DNA of 64,000 nucleotides from Escherichia coli (GCF_013315695.1 NZ_CP054353.1), one strand, 5' to 3'; shown: positions 11,654 to 29,324, counted from the stretch's first letter. Translations and numbers: made by a program. The notes: generated from the sequence alone by a model not told the origin.

Positions 11654-13081
11654 TTATTTCGTGTTTTTCGACGACGGTAATTCAATGCGGAAACAAACAT
11701 CTTGCCCGCTCTCGTCGACCAGATACAGTTCCCCTTGCATACGGCGAATACAATCCCTGGCAATGCTTAATCCCAGACCGCTGCCCTTCACCGCCCCTTT
11801 TCGCTGGTGGCTTCCCTGAAAAAAGGGTTCGAAGATCATGGCGCGTTCCTCTTGCGGAATGGGCGTGCCTGTATTGATGACATCAATATAAACCCGCGCA
11901 CCATGTAAACTGCTGCGAAGGCAAATGTTACCGGATTCAGCCCCGTAGTGCACCGCATTGGAGTAAAGATTATCCAGTACGCTCATCAGCAGCATTGGCT
12001 CCGCCAGGCAAGCTGTTGCTTTGAGATCAACGTCGGTATGCATCATTTTAGCCCGTGCGGGCAGGCTATGAGCAGAAACCACAGTCTCCACCAGCGGTGC
12101 TAACTCAACATTCTCCAGTTCCACCGCACTGTCCGCCTGTTTACGGTTGTAATCAAGCAGTTGTTCGATCAGTTTTTGCAAATTGCGGCTGCTGCTATCA
12201 AGAATGCTCACCACCTCTTTTTGCTCTGGCGTAAGCGGCCCGACAACCTGGTCAGCCAGTAATTCAGTGCCCTCGCGCATACTCGCCAGTGGCGTTTTTA
12301 ATTCATGAGATAAATGTCTTAAAAATTGATGGCGTTGGGATTCCAGCCATGACAGGCGCTCACTTAACCAAAGAATACGTTGCCCAACCGAGCGTAACTC
12401 GCTCGGTCCACTGAACGAAACGCTATTGCCCAGAGAACGCCCTTCCCCCAGCCGGTTGATCATGCGCTCGATATTTTTCACCGGACCGATAATCATCCTC
12501 GTGAAAAGCAGTACCATCACCAGACTCACCAGAAATAGCACCAGCGATTGCCAACCAAAATATTGCCCACGTTCGGCGATTTCACGCTGAAGTTGCTGCC
12601 CACGAGAGAACACCACTGTGCGCGTGGCCTGCACCATTTCGGTATTGGCACTGGCAAAGGCTTCAAGACGTGCGGCGGCAGCAGCATCGGGACCGCTGTT
12701 GTTACACTGAAGTTGAGCCAGATTATTCAAATCCTGACGTAATGCCTGGTAGAGTTTATCGTCCGGCAGCACGCCTGCGTGGGCATCGAGCATTTCGCTG
12801 TAACGCTTGCGCTGGCTTTGATAAACCTTCGCAAGCGTAGGGTCGTCCAGCACGCAATACTGACGGTAGCTACGCTCCATCTCCAGCGCCGCGTTGGTCA
12901 TCGCTTCACTACGCCGGGCATCAATAAGCGTAGTGCGGTTAACCAGCGCCGCCTGATCGCTAAGCGCATTCAGGCTTTGCCAGGCTTGCCATGCCAGCAC
13001 CAACAGGGGTAGCAGAATCAGCAAAAATGCCAGCATTACCAGTTGTCGTAATGAGCGGGGAAAAACGGGCCAGCGTTTCAA
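11654..13081 (-). CDS. glrK: sensor histidine kinase
   Basis: HAMP, HisKA and HATPase motifs; probable TTG start at 13081 (475 aa); the longer track ORF would overlap the glmY terminator. Confidence 0.9.
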   Translation of the reverse strand: MKRWPVFPRSLRQLVMLAFLLILLPLLVLAWQAWQSLNALSDQAALVNRTTLIDARRSEAMTNAALEMERSYRQYCVLDDPTLAKVYQSQRKRYSEMLDAHAGVLPDDKLYQALRQDLNNLAQLQCNNSGPDAAAAARLEAFASANTEMVQATRTVVFSRGQQLQREIAERGQYFGWQSLVLFLVSLVMVLLFTRMIIGPVKNIERMINRLGEGRSLGNSVSFSGPSELRSVGQRILWLSERLSWLESQRHQFLRHLSHELKTPLASMREGTELLADQVVGPLTPEQKEVVSILDSSSRNLQKLIEQLLDYNRKQADSAVELENVELAPLVETVVSAHSLPARAKMMHTDVDLKATACLAEPMLLMSVLDNLYSNAVHYGAESGNICLRSSLHGARVYIDVINTGTPIPQEERAMIFEPFFQGSHQRKGAVKGSGLGLSIARDCIRRMQGELYLVDESGQDVCFRIELPSSKNTK

Positions 13082-13139
13082 GGTGTTACTCTCGTCAGAC
13101 GCGAATAGCCTGATGCTAACCGAGGGGAAGTTCAGATAC

Positions 13140-13323
13140 AACAAAGCCGGGAATTACCCGGCTTTGTTATGGAATAAGGCGGTGCCTAACTCGACGTTTC
13201 GCCCGAGGGTTGATATAGCTACGCTGATATCAGAAGTTGGACGGCAGGCACCTTGTTGTGCGTCATTCGAATTTTATGTAGCACGTCCCGAAGGGGCTGA
13301 CATAAGTCGGTGAATGAGCCACT
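13140..13323 (-). ncRNA. glmY: small RNA GlmY
   Basis: Minus-strand sequence begins AGTGGCTCATTCACCGACTTATGTCAGCCCCTTCGGGACGTGC... and ends in a hairpin AAAGCCGGGTAATTCCCGGCTTTGTT; matches the GlmY sequence as I recall it; position between glrK and purL is as expected. Ends are approximate. Confidence 0.85.
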
Positions 13324-13332
13324 GGTTACTAT

Positions 13333-13350
13333 TATGCAGTAACTGTGCCA
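13333..13350 (-). promoter_or_regulatory. sigma54 (-24/-12) promoter of glmY
   Basis: Minus-strand TGGCAC-N5-CTGCA immediately upstream of the glmY 5' end, matching the sigma54 consensus TGGCAC-N5-TTGCA. Confidence 0.6.
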
Positions 13351-13657
13351 ATAAAGAAAATAGTTTGGTAACGTACTGATTATACGCTGCTTTGAGGGGT
13401 TTATGGCTTCTCCGCTATTTGAATGTAAATCAGCCACTGTGTCGCTAAAAAGAGACAACTTAAGATAATTTTATTAGATAATATTAAAATCAATGAGTTA
13501 AGTGTCGCCAGAAAGCGACATGGCAAACCACCCATTGTCGTGATTTACAGACACAAAAAAGCTCCCGGAGTTGGGAGCTTATGATAGTGGTTGGTGCTTA
13601 ATGCCGGATGCGGCGTGAATGCCTCATCCGGGCTGCAAAACCAATGAGTTTGACGGC

Positions 13658-16600
13658 TTACCCCAACTGCTTACGTGCATTGCGGAAAATGCGCATCCAT
13701 GGGCCATCCTCGCCCCAGTTTTCCGGATGCCAGGAGTTGCTGACAGTACGGAAAACACGTTCCGGGTGCGGCATCATAATAGTGACTCGACCACTTTCAG
13801 TCGTGACCGCCGTAATACCATTCGGAGAACCGTTCGGGTTAGCCGGGTAGGTTTCAGTGACTTTGCCGAAGTTATCGACATAGCGCAGTGCCACCAGCCC
13901 TTTACTTTCCAGCGCCACCAGATGCGCCGCATCACGCACTTCCACGCGCCCTTCACCATGAGAGACAGCAATCGGCATTTGCGAGCCCACCATCCCCTGC
14001 AATAGCAGCGACGAGCTTTGGGTTACTTCAACCAGGCTGAAACGCGCTTCAAAGCGATCGGAGGTATTGCGCACAAAACGTGGCCACAACTCACTACCTG
14101 GGATCAGTTCGCGCAGATTAGACATCATCTGGCAACCGTTACATACCCCCAGCGCCAGCGTTTGCGGACGGTGGAAGAAGGTTGCAAACTCATCGCGTAC
14201 ACGGTCATTGAACAGGATAGACTTCGCCCAGCCTTCACCAGCACCCAGCACGTCACCGTAGGAGAATCCGCCGCACGCTACCAGAGCGTGGAAATCCTCC
14301 AGGCCCGTGCGTCCAGCCAGCAGGTCGCTCATATGCACATCGATTGCATCGAAGCCTGCACGGTGGAAAGCTGCCGCCATTTCAACATGCGAGTTCACCC
14401 CCTGCTCACGCAGCACGGCAACTTTCGGACGCGCACCAGTGGCAATATACGGTGCTGCCACATCTTCGTTGATATCGAACGACAGTTTCACATTCAGGCC
14501 CGGATCGGCGTCGTTTGATTTCGCCTGGTGCTCCTGGTCGGCACACTCCGGGTTGTCACGCAGGCGCTGCATCTGCCAGGTAGTTTCTGCCCACCAGACA
14601 CGCAACGTAGTGCGGCTTTCGCTGAATACAGTCTGCCCGTTGGCGGTAATCACAAAACGGTCACCGGAAACCGCCTGCCCTACATAATGGACGCAATCCG
14701 CAACCCCATGCAGTGCCAGTACGGACTCGACCGCTTCACGGTCAGCGGCACGAACCTGAATCACCGCACCCAGTTCTTCGTTAAACAACGCCGCCAGGCG
14801 ATCGTCACCCAGAGAGGCGATATCTGCGTCAATGCCACAATGACCAGCAAACGCCATTTCCGCCAGCGTTACCAGCAGGCCGCCATCAGAGCGGTCGTGA
14901 TACGCCAGCAGCTTACGCTGTGCTACCAGCGCCTGAACCGCGTCATAGAAACCTTTCAGTTGCGCGACATCGCGTACATCTGCCGGTTTGTCGCCAAGCT
15001 GACGATAAACCTGCGCCAGCGCCGTTGCACCCAACGCGTTATTGCCTTTGCCCAAATCAATCAGCAACAGTGCGTTATCTTCGGTAGAAAGCTGCGGCGT
15101 GATGGTGTGACGCACATCTTCCACACGGGCAAATGCGGAAATCACCAGCGACAGCGGCGACGTCATTTCGCGCTCTTCGTTACCTTCCTGCCAGCGGGTT
15201 TTCATCGACATAGAGTCTTTACCCACCGGGATCGTCAGGCCCAGCGCCGGACAAAGTTCTTCGCCCACAGCTTTAACGGCTTCATACAGGCCCGCATCTT
15301 CACCAGGGTGGCCTGCCGCCGCCATCCAGTTGGCGGAAAGTTTAATGCGTTTGATATCGCCAATCTGTGTTGCGGCAATATTGGTTAACGCTTCACCGAC
15401 CGCCAGACGGGCAGAGGCGGCGAAATCCAGCAGCGCAACCGGCGCACGCTCGCCAATCGCCATCGCTTCGCCGTAGTAGCTATCGAGGCTGGCGGTAGTG
15501 ACCGCGCAGTTAGCGACCGGCACCTGCCACGGACCCACCATCTGATCGCGCGCTACCATGCCGGTTACGCTGCGATCGCCGATGGTCACCAGAAAGGTTT
15601 TCTCCGCCACAGTCGGCAGATGTAACACACGTTTCACCGCGTCAGCGATGGTGATCCCTTCACGGGCCAGCGCGTCGCCTTTCGCTTTCAGCGTTTGTAC
15701 ATCGCGAGTCATCTTCGGCGTTTTGCCGAGTAGCACGTCCAGCGGCAGATCGATGGGTTGATTATCAAAATGACGATCGTGCAGAGAAAGATGTAATTCT
15801 TCGGTGGCCTCGCCAATCACCGCGTAGGGTGCTCGTTCACGCTTACACAGTTCGTCAAACAGCGGTAACTGATCGGCAGCAACCGCCAGCACGTAGCGTT
15901 CCTGGGATTCGTTACACCAGATCTCCAGCGGGCTCATGCCCGGTTCGTCGCTCAGGATATCGCGCAGTTCAAATTTACCGCCGCGCCCGCCGTCGCTCAC
16001 CAGTTCCGGCATGGCGTTAGAAAGACCGCCTGCGCCAACGTCGTGGATAAACAGGATTGGGTTGGCATCACCAAGCTGCCAGCAACGGTCGATCACTTCC
16101 TGGCAGCGACGCTCCATCTCCGGGTTGTCGCGCTGTACGGAAGCAAAGTCGAGGTCCGCATCAGACTGACCAGATGCCATAGAAGACGCCGCGCCGCCGC
16201 CAAGACCGATGTTCATTGCCGGGCCGCCGAGAACGACCAGCTTCGCACCAACGTTGATCTCGCCTTTTTGTACGTGATCGGCGCGAATGTTGCCGATCCC
16301 ACCCGCCAGCATGATCGGTTTGTGATAACCGCGCAGCTCTTCGCCATTGTGGCTGTTCACTTTTTCTTCATAGGTACGGAAGTAGCCGTTCAGTGCCGGA
16401 CGACCAAATTCGTTGTTAAATGCCGCGCCGCCCAGCGGACCTTCTGTCATGATGTCCAGCGCGGTGACAATGCGCTCAGGCTTACCGAAATCTTCTTCCC
16501 ACGGTTGTTCAAAGCCAGGAATACGCAGGTTGGATACGGAGAAACCGACCAGGCCAGCTTTCGGCTTCGCGCCGCGGCCGGTGGCACCTTCATCGCGGAT

Positions 16601-17545
16601 TTCACCGCCGGAACCGGTCGCCGCGCCCGGCCACGGAGAAATCGCCGTCGGGTGGTTGTGGGTTTCAACTTTCATCAGAATATGCGCCGGTTCCTGATGG
16701 AAATCGTAGCGGCCCGTTTCGTGGTCGGCAAAGTAGCGACCCACTTCAGAACCTTCCATTACGGCGGCGTTATCTTTATAAGCAGAGAGAACGTGGTCTG
16801 GCGTGGTTTCGAAGGTGTTTTTGATCATCTTGAACAGCGATTTCGGCTGCTGTTCACCGTCGATAATCCAGTCGGCGTTAAAAATTTTGTGACGGCAGTG
16901 CTCGGAGTTCGCCTGCGCGAACATATACAGCTCGATGTCGTTCGGGTTACGACCAAGCTTTGTGAACGCATCCTGCAGATAGTCAATCTCATCTTCCGCC
17001 AGCGCCAGACCAAGACGCAGGTTAGCGTCGATTAGCGCCTGACGGCCCTGCCCCAGCAAATCAATGCTGGTGACCGGGGTTGGCTGATGATGAGCAAACA
17101 ACTGCTCTGCATCATCTAAAGCAAAAAAGACCGTTTCCATCATGCGGTCGTGCAGTTCAGCGGTCACCTGCTGCCATTGTTCATTGGTCAGCGTACCGGC
17201 TTCTATATAGTAAGCCACGCCGCGCTCAAGGCGGTTAACCTGTTGCAGCCCGCAGTTATGGGCAATATCGGTCGCTTTCGAAGACCAGGGAGAGATGGTG
17301 CCAGGACGCGGGGTCACCAGCAGGAGTTTGCCTTGCGGGGCGTGGCTGGCGAGTGCCGGGCCATATTTCAGCAGGCGTTCAAGTTGTGCGTGCTCATCAT
17401 CGTTTAACGGCGCATTGAGGTCAGCAAAATGGACATACTCGGCGTAAATAGTGTGAACCGGGAGCCTGGCAGCCTGAAAACGTGCCAGCAGTTTGTTGAT
17501 TCGGAATGCCGACAATGCAGGCGAACCACGCAGAATTTCCATCAT
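13658..17545 (-). CDS. purL: phosphoribosylformylglycinamidine synthase
   Basis: 1295-aa ORF with C-terminal glutamine amidotransferase domain; full length. Confidence 0.98.
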   Translation of the reverse strand: MMEILRGSPALSAFRINKLLARFQAARLPVHTIYAEYVHFADLNAPLNDDEHAQLERLLKYGPALASHAPQGKLLLVTPRPGTISPWSSKATDIAHNCGLQQVNRLERGVAYYIEAGTLTNEQWQQVTAELHDRMMETVFFALDDAEQLFAHHQPTPVTSIDLLGQGRQALIDANLRLGLALAEDEIDYLQDAFTKLGRNPNDIELYMFAQANSEHCRHKIFNADWIIDGEQQPKSLFKMIKNTFETTPDHVLSAYKDNAAVMEGSEVGRYFADHETGRYDFHQEPAHILMKVETHNHPTAISPWPGAATGSGGEIRDEGATGRGAKPKAGLVGFSVSNLRIPGFEQPWEEDFGKPERIVTALDIMTEGPLGGAAFNNEFGRPALNGYFRTYEEKVNSHNGEELRGYHKPIMLAGGIGNIRADHVQKGEINVGAKLVVLGGPAMNIGLGGGAASSMASGQSDADLDFASVQRDNPEMERRCQEVIDRCWQLGDANPILFIHDVGAGGLSNAMPELVSDGGRGGKFELRDILSDEPGMSPLEIWCNESQERYVLAVAADQLPLFDELCKRERAPYAVIGEATEELHLSLHDRHFDNQPIDLPLDVLLGKTPKMTRDVQTLKAKGDALAREGITIADAVKRVLHLPTVAEKTFLVTIGDRSVTGMVARDQMVGPWQVPVANCAVTTASLDSYYGEAMAIGERAPVALLDFAASARLAVGEALTNIAATQIGDIKRIKLSANWMAAAGHPGEDAGLYEAVKAVGEELCPALGLTIPVGKDSMSMKTRWQEGNEEREMTSPLSLVISAFARVEDVRHTITPQLSTEDNALLLIDLGKGNNALGATALAQVYRQLGDKPADVRDVAQLKGFYDAVQALVAQRKLLAYHDRSDGGLLVTLAEMAFAGHCGIDADIASLGDDRLAALFNEELGAVIQVRAADREAVESVLALHGVADCVHYVGQAVSGDRFVITANGQTVFSESRTTLRVWWAETTWQMQRLRDNPECADQEHQAKSNDADPGLNVKLSFDINEDVAAPYIATGARPKVAVLREQGVNSHVEMAAAFHRAGFDAIDVHMSDLLAGRTGLEDFHALVACGGFSYGDVLGAGEGWAKSILFNDRVRDEFATFFHRPQTLALGVCNGCQMMSNLRELIPGSELWPRFVRNTSDRFEARFSLVEVTQSSSLLLQGMVGSQMPIAVSHGEGRVEVRDAAHLVALESKGLVALRYVDNFGKVTETYPANPNGSPNGITAVTTESGRVTIMMPHPERVFRTVSNSWHPENWGEDGPWMRIFRNARKQLG

Positions 17546-17621
17546 AAGTCTCTCGTCTTCTAAGCTTTCGGTGTACCCAAGGGGGGGAAACGGGCGTCAT
17601 TATAAAGAATCTGATGCGCTG

Positions 17622-17637
17622 ACGAAACCGTTTGCGT
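17622..17637. promoter_or_regulatory. PurR operator (PUR box) in the purL control region
   Basis: ACGAAACCGTTTGCGT, whose reverse complement ACGCAAACGGTTTCGT matches the PurR box consensus ACGCAAAC-GTTTGCGT. Confidence 0.6.
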
Positions 17638-17802
17638 GGAAATAAAATCACCATCGTGAATTAGCAACGCGTGCCGCCAATGGCTGTAATAAGTTGCCAA
17701 CTGGCGCAGGTTTACGCAAAATGCCGCTCATTTATGAGTAAACCTTTCACTATTATTACGTTTTTTCAAGCTGGGACGCGCACGACACAGAGAATTAACT
17801 AA

Positions 17803-19904
<2,102 letters not shown>

Positions 19905-19916
19905 CTATGCTTTACT

Positions 19917-20552
19917 CTATTCCAGTTGCTGGAGTTCACCGCGCGGGGTTACTCGCCAACGATGCTGACAGAAATAAAGCAGCGGGTTGTCCTGATTACT
20001 GTCGCTATAGCCACTGTACAGCCGCAGCGGCGTGCCGATTTTGCGCTCCAGTTGCGCGACCTTCTCATGCCCGAGGCAACGCATCGTCAATACCCAACCA
20101 CCATAGCCACGCTGAATCTGACTGGCGATAAGATTAACCCGCGGCAGCCAGGGCGTATCGAAATAAACCGCTTCAACCAGCGGCTGCGGAGAGCCGGTAA
20201 TCAACCAGATATCAGCATCGGAACTTAACAGGTAGGTGGTTAATCGCTCCTGAACCAGCGGAAAGGCGGTAACATTGTCACGAAACCAGCGTACGAAATC
20301 GGCCTGCAACGCCTGCAAACGCGCTTCATTGTGACCAAAAGTGCATCCCCACAGAAGCAGACTCATCGGCCAGCGTGCCGCACGGCCTTTTATCAATAAC
20401 GCAATGGCTATGATCGGCAACAACGGCAGGACAAGCAACGCATTCAGCGGTTGGCGACGCAGTAAATAACGCAAAAAACTGCCGAACATATCCTGCTGAT
20501 GCAATGTTCCATCTAAGTCAAAAAACACCACACGACGCTCGTGAGTTGCCAA
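19917..20552 (-). CDS. pgpC: phosphatidylglycerophosphatase C (HAD-like phosphatase)
   Basis: 211-aa ORF with DxDGT HAD motif (FFDLDGTL) and N-terminal membrane segment. Confidence 0.85.
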   Translation of the reverse strand: MATHERRVVFFDLDGTLHQQDMFGSFLRYLLRRQPLNALLVLPLLPIIAIALLIKGRAARWPMSLLLWGCTFGHNEARLQALQADFVRWFRDNVTAFPLVQERLTTYLLSSDADIWLITGSPQPLVEAVYFDTPWLPRVNLIASQIQRGYGGWVLTMRCLGHEKVAQLERKIGTPLRLYSGYSDSNQDNPLLYFCQHRWRVTPRGELQQLE

Positions 20553-20760
20553 ACCATACTCCTCTGGACTGAAACATCCTGATTAATTTTCGCTACTACA
20601 TAGCCTAACAGATAGATCATCACTTTTCCGGCAACAATCGACCGCATCATGGCTAACTGGAATTTTTAATTCATGGCAATTAGCGGCAATGGAATATAAA
20701 ATTCACTCGCGTGTGTCTCATATTGCCTGTTGTCGCCATTATTTCATCGCGAGGAAAGAT

Positions 20761-21609
20761 ATGAACGGCTTACTTCGTATCCGTCAACGTTACCAGGGGC
20801 TTGCCCAGAGTGATAAAAAACTGGCGGATTATCTGCTGCTACAACCTGATACGGCGCGCCATTTAAGCTCTCAGCAACTGGCCAACGAAGCCGGAGTCAG
20901 TCAGTCCAGCGTCGTGAAGTTCGCGCAAAAACTCGGCTATAAAGGTTTTCCGGCGCTTAAGTTGGCGTTGAGTGAAGCGCTGGCAAGCCAGCCGGAATCT
21001 CCCTCCGTGCCCATTCATAACCAAATCCGCGGTGATGATCCGTTACGGCTGGTCGGCGAAAAACTGATTAAAGAAAATACTGCCGCTATGTATGCAACGT
21101 TAAACGTTAATAGTGAAGAGAAACTGCATGAATGCGTAACAATGTTGCGCTCTGCGCGGCGGATAATTCTGACCGGTATTGGCGCTTCGGGTCTGGTGGC
21201 GCAAAACTTTGCCTGGAAGCTGATGAAGATTGGCTTCAATGCTGCCGCAGTGCGCGATATGCATGCGCTACTCGCTACAGTACAGGCGTCGTCCCCTGAC
21301 GATCTGTTATTAGCCATTTCCTACACCGGTGTACGGCGCGAGTTAAACCTGGCGGCAGATGAGATGCTGCGAGTGGGCGGAAAAGTGCTGGCGATTACCG
21401 GCTTTACTCCCAATGCCCTGCAACAGCGTGCTTCTCATTGCCTGTATACCATTGCCGAAGAACAAGCGACAAACAGTGCTTCAATCTCTGCTTGTCACGC
21501 GCAGGGAATGTTAACGGATTTGCTGTTCATTGCGCTGATTCAGCAGGATCTGGAACTGGCACCAGAACGTATTCGTCATAGCGAAGCGCTGGTGAAAAAA
21601 CTGGTCTGA
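20761..21609 (+). CDS. yfhH: RpiR-family transcriptional regulator (HTH plus SIS domain)
   Basis: 282 aa from MNGLLRIRQRYQGLAQSDKKLADYLL; HTH_6 and SIS domain features. Confidence 0.8.
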   Translation: MNGLLRIRQRYQGLAQSDKKLADYLLLQPDTARHLSSQQLANEAGVSQSSVVKFAQKLGYKGFPALKLALSEALASQPESPSVPIHNQIRGDDPLRLVGEKLIKENTAAMYATLNVNSEEKLHECVTMLRSARRIILTGIGASGLVAQNFAWKLMKIGFNAAAVRDMHALLATVQASSPDDLLLAISYTGVRRELNLAADEMLRVGGKVLAITGFTPNALQQRASHCLYTIAEEQATNSASISACHAQGMLTDLLFIALIQQDLELAPERIRHSEALVKKLV

Positions 21610-21628
21610 GTAAAGAATGCGCGTATAA

Positions 21629-21925
<297 letters not shown>

Positions 21926-22118
21926 TATTCTGCTCTGGAAGTAGAGTGTTAATTATCTTATAGAGAAACCTTAACGCTATTATATTTATTTGATTGATGA
22001 AATTAGCATAATCATTCACTAAGTAAATTTATATAGTATCTGCCCAGACACTTATTTATAGTTATTAAAGGCGCGTCCGATTGGTTCACCGAACGCACCT
22101 TAAGTACGTTTCCTTGTG

Positions 22119-22199
22119 TTATAAGAACAGAAGGATCAGCTGTAAAACAGCAATGATGATTTTGATAACCCGTTTAATCAGGTATCGGCAATCAGTCAT
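22119..22199 (-). CDS. shoB: type I toxin-antitoxin small toxic membrane peptide ShoB (26 aa)
   Basis: Minus-strand ORF translating exactly to MTDCRYLIKRVIKIIIAVLQLILLFL followed by TAA; missing from the six-frame track because it is under 60 aa. The antisense sRNA ohsC should lie divergently upstream; I did not map it. Confidence 0.85.
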   Translation of the reverse strand: MTDCRYLIKRVIKIIIAVLQLILLFL

Positions 22200-22619
22200 T
22201 CGTTTTTCCTTAAACAAGGAATGCAGCCGTTCAGATTAGCCCTTAATCACCCCAAAACTGAACGTGCGAGTTATTGGAATCGAGTGCTGCACTCCACACC
22301 AGAGCTTTGACGACACCACTCGTTTCAATGGGGGAATTCAGTGGCATGGTGTAAAGCACAGCAATATTGCCAATAACGAAACCGATTTTAATGTACTTAT
22401 CAAAAAGCGGTCACGTTAATCTTTTCATCAATGTCGATTTCTTCGTAAAGGCTCGCGTTTTTTATGTCAGAGATTGCAAGTTGCTTGTACAGGATAACGA
22501 AATTGATCCATAATCATTTCTGTTGGAATCGTGTGCTGCACAAAATTAAAGTTGTAAAGTGAACCCCCCCGTTCCTTACCAGTTCGGGGGTTTTACTTTA
22601 TAAAGAGAACGGTATTTTT

Positions 22620-23000
22620 TTAACTTTCAATAATTACCGTGGCACAAGCATAGTGGCGTTCATCTGCCAGCGTTACATGCATATTTACAACGCCGAGCTT
22701 TTCCGCCAGTTTTAATGCCTCACCCCATAGCCGTAGCCGTGGTTTGCCGAGCTCATCATTGAATACTTCAAACTGATTAAACGCCAAACCATTGCGGATC
22801 CCGGTGCCAAACGCTTTTGCCGCCGCTTCTTTCACAGCAAAACGCTTTGCCAGAAAACGCACCGGCTGGTGGTGCGTTTTCCAAATTTCCCATTCGTTAT
22901 CGCTTAATACGCGGCGTGCCAGGCGCTCACCGGATCGGGCGATCACCGATTCAATGCGAGCGATCTCCACAATATCCGTACCTAAACCTAATATTGCCAT
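22620..23000 (-). CDS. acpS: holo-[acyl-carrier-protein] synthase
   Basis: 126-aa [20 protein letters not shown]..., canonical AcpS. Confidence 0.95.
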   Translation of the reverse strand: MAILGLGTDIVEIARIESVIARSGERLARRVLSDNEWEIWKTHHQPVRFLAKRFAVKEAAAKAFGTGIRNGLAFNQFEVFNDELGKPRLRLWGEALKLAEKLGVVNMHVTLADERHYACATVIIES

Positions 23001-23731
23001 TAGCCACGCGCTTCCAGCATCAAACGCTTCATTTCTGCCACCGCATCTTTCAGTCCAGTCATCACTGCACGACCAATAATGGCATGACCGATATTCAGTT
23101 CATGCATCTCAGGGATGGCGGCAATGGCTTTCACGTTGTGATAGGTCAGACCGTGACCAGCGTTAACTTTCAGACCGAGACTAGCGGCAAAGGTCGCGGC
23201 TTTGGCGATACGCGCCAGCTCTTGCGCCTGTTCGGCGTCAGTTTTGGCATCAGCATAGCAACCGGTGTGGATCTCGATAAACGGTGCGCCAACCTCTGCC
23301 GCAGCTTTGATCTGCTCTTCATCGGCGTCGATAAACAGAGAAACCTGGATCCCGGCCTCCGCCAGACGTTTGCAGGCATCGCGCATTTTTTCACGCTGTC
23401 CAGCGACGTCCAGGCCGCCTTCGGTTGTTACTTCCTGACGCTTTTCCGGTACCAGACAGCAAAAATGTGGCTTCGTCTCAACGGCGATCGCCAGCATCTC
23501 TTCGGTCACCGCCATCTCCAGATTCATGCGGGTATCCAGCGTCTGACGCAGGATGCGCACATCGCGGTCGGTAATGTGGCGGCGATCTTCACGTAAATGC
23601 ACGGTAATGCCGTCTGCTCCCGCCTGCTCGGCAATAAACGCCGCCTGCACCGGATCCGGGTAAGCAGTACCGCGTGCGTTACGCAGCGTTGCAATATGGT
23701 CAATGTTGACGCCTAACAGTAATTCAGCCAT
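23000..23731 (-). CDS. pdxJ: pyridoxine 5'-phosphate synthase
   Basis: 243 aa from [21 protein letters not shown]; overlaps the acpS start. Confidence 0.95.
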   Translation of the reverse strand: MAELLLGVNIDHIATLRNARGTAYPDPVQAAFIAEQAGADGITVHLREDRRHITDRDVRILRQTLDTRMNLEMAVTEEMLAIAVETKPHFCCLVPEKRQEVTTEGGLDVAGQREKMRDACKRLAEAGIQVSLFIDADEEQIKAAAEVGAPFIEIHTGCYADAKTDAEQAQELARIAKAATFAASLGLKVNAGHGLTYHNVKAIAAIPEMHELNIGHAIIGRAVMTGLKDAVAEMKRLMLEARG

Positions 23732-23742
23732 GACAATCCTCA

Positions 23743-24471
23743 TCATTCATAATGTGTTTTCACCGTTCGCTTAGGCATAAACTGCCGGAACAGTTCCCTG
23801 CTCTTTAATGGTTTACCGCCAAGATACGGCTTAAGCGCCATGCGGGTAAAGCGTTTCGCGGCGCGCAGTGTGTCTGCGTCAGGAAATTCCCGCACGTTTA
23901 ACGCTTTTAACTGCCTTCCGGTGAATGTTTTATTGTCGATAACGACGCTTGCGATAAACCCTTTTTCTTCGCGATAACGATACGTCATGGTGTCATCTAC
24001 CGGCTCGCCGCTACCCGCACAATGAGTAAAATTGACGCCATAGCCCAGATGCCCGAGCAGTGCCAGTTCAAAGCGGCGCAGCGCGGGTTCTGGCGTACCA
24101 GTGGCACCTGCAAGTGACTGAATGCAGTGCAAGTAATCGAAAAAGAGTTCAGAGAAGCGCGTCTCGTATTCCAGTACGCGGGAGAGAAGTTCGTTGATGT
24201 ACAGACCGCTGTAAAGCGTGATACCGCTTAATGGCAGCGCCAGCGAGACAGCTTCAGCACTGCGCAGCGTTTTGACTTCGCCACGCCCGCCAAAACGTAG
24301 CAAGAGAGGGGTGAAAGGCTGTAATGCACCTTTCAGAGTAGAGCGTTTAGAGCGTGCGCCTTTGGCAACCAGACGCACGCGACCCGATTCCTCCGTGAAG
24401 ACGTCCAGCATCAGGCTGGTTTCGCTCCACGGGCGACTATGCAGGACAAATGCGCGCTGCCAGCCTTCCAT
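23743..24471 (-). CDS. recO: DNA repair protein RecO
   Basis: 242-aa [36 protein letters not shown]... Confidence 0.95.
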   Translation of the reverse strand: MEGWQRAFVLHSRPWSETSLMLDVFTEESGRVRLVAKGARSKRSTLKGALQPFTPLLLRFGGRGEVKTLRSAEAVSLALPLSGITLYSGLYINELLSRVLEYETRFSELFFDYLHCIQSLAGATGTPEPALRRFELALLGHLGYGVNFTHCAGSGEPVDDTMTYRYREEKGFIASVVIDNKTFTGRQLKALNVREFPDADTLRAAKRFTRMALKPYLGGKPLKSRELFRQFMPKRTVKTHYE

Positions 24472-24482
24472 CGGAGTTACTC

Positions 24483-26095
<1,613 letters not shown>

Positions 26096-26337
26096 TCAGC
26101 ACACGAAACAGACCTGATATACATGGCTCTGCTAACTGCTTCGCTGCAGTTTCAGTTTACCGGTATATGGGGACCAACGCTGTTTCGTGTGCCGTGGCAA
26201 CCTGGAGGTGCCAACCTTAAACTTCGGGGGAATATTCTATACACAACGACGGGGGATGTCGTTAGCCACGGGAGATTTATCTCATAAATAATTCACGTTG
26301 TCGCCATAACGGCGACAACGTGAACGAAGATGGGCTA

Positions 26338-27312
26338 TTAATGGATGCCGCCAATGCGGCTTAAGCGCACACCTGTCGGCCATTCGCCTTCTTGCTTATC
26401 GAAGCTCATCCAGATAGCCGTTGCCCGACCGACCAGATTCGCTTCCGGCACTAAGCCCCAGTAACGGCTGTCCGCGCTGTTGTCGCGGTTGTCACCCATC
26501 ATGAAGTATTGTCCCGGCGGAACAATCCAGGTTGCCAGTTGTTGCCCTGGCTGCTGGTAATACATCCCCACCTGGTCCTGCGCAATCGGCACTGTCAGAA
26601 TACGATGCGTCACATCACCCAGTGTCTCTTTACGCTCGGAAAGACGAATTCCATTTTCTTTGGTTTCGTTTTTCGGCACTTCAAAGAATCCGCTGGTCGC
26701 TTCCCCACCATTACGGCGTGAGAAGGTCTGAACGAAATCGCTCGGTTCCACGTTGGAGTAGGTGACCGGCAGCGCGTTTTCACATGCCTGGCCGGAACTG
26801 CATCCCGGTTGAATCGTCAGCTCTTTCGAGACCGGATCATAAGTGACTTTATCGCCCGGTAAACCCACCGCGCGCTTGATGTAATCAAGCTTTGGATCTT
26901 CCGGATATTTAAAGACCACGATATCGCCGCGTTTCGGATGACCGGTTTCGATCAGCGTTTTCTGGTAGATAGGATCTTTAATGCCATAAGCAAACTTCTC
27001 TACCAGAATAAAATCACCGATTAACAGAGTCGGCATCATCGAACCTGACGGGATCTGGAACGGTTCATAAATAAACGAACGCACAATCAATACGATAGCC
27101 AGTACCGGAAAAACAGAAGCACCGGTTTCCAGCCAGCCAGGCTTCGGCGCAACCTTTTTCAGTGTTGCTTTATCCAGTGAATCCCCGGCAGCAGCTTGCG
27201 CCGCTGCCTGACGTTCCCGTCGTTTAGGTGCGAAAAAGAATTTATCCACGCACCATAAAATGCCCGTCACCAGTGTGGCAATCACCAGAATCAGGGCAAA
27301 CATATTCGCCAT
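26338..27312 (-). CDS. lepB: signal peptidase I
   Basis: 324 aa with catalytic Ser motif (SGSMMPTL) and conserved Lys region. Confidence 0.97.
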   Translation of the reverse strand: MANMFALILVIATLVTGILWCVDKFFFAPKRRERQAAAQAAAGDSLDKATLKKVAPKPGWLETGASVFPVLAIVLIVRSFIYEPFQIPSGSMMPTLLIGDFILVEKFAYGIKDPIYQKTLIETGHPKRGDIVVFKYPEDPKLDYIKRAVGLPGDKVTYDPVSKELTIQPGCSSGQACENALPVTYSNVEPSDFVQTFSRRNGGEATSGFFEVPKNETKENGIRLSERKETLGDVTHRILTVPIAQDQVGMYYQQPGQQLATWIVPPGQYFMMGDNRDNSADSRYWGLVPEANLVGRATAIWMSFDKQEGEWPTGVRLSRIGGIH

Positions 27313-27327
27313 GCCAACTCCTAAGGG

Positions 27328-29127
<1,800 letters not shown>

Positions 29128-29324
29128 AAAGTATGATTATTGTGCCTTAATGCCCGGTTAACCAGGCTTTTAGAAGTCGCTGTTCTGAGCTTAACGTCTG
29201 TATTAATAGAAACGCCGCATTCTACACTACAACATTGAGGCGAGGAAATGTTCATACCGTATGGATTGTGGTATCTGGAAACGTCCTCGCATTTGTTATG
29301 CAAAATGCAACAAAGCCAGTGAAA

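Noticed and set aside
13219-13458. 79-aa ORF between glrK and purL
   Set aside because: It overlaps the glmY sRNA and its sigma54 promoter; the RNA gene explains the region.
13658-17545. Many long plus-strand ORFs inside purL (for example 16043..17035 at 330 aa and 14528..15388 at 286 aa), and similar antisense ORFs inside glyA (6539..7486), yphG, clpB (53608..54306), lepA and patZ
   Set aside because: All lie antisense to, or out of frame within, well-conserved full-length genes; they are shadow ORFs typical of GC-rich coding sequence and show no start signals.
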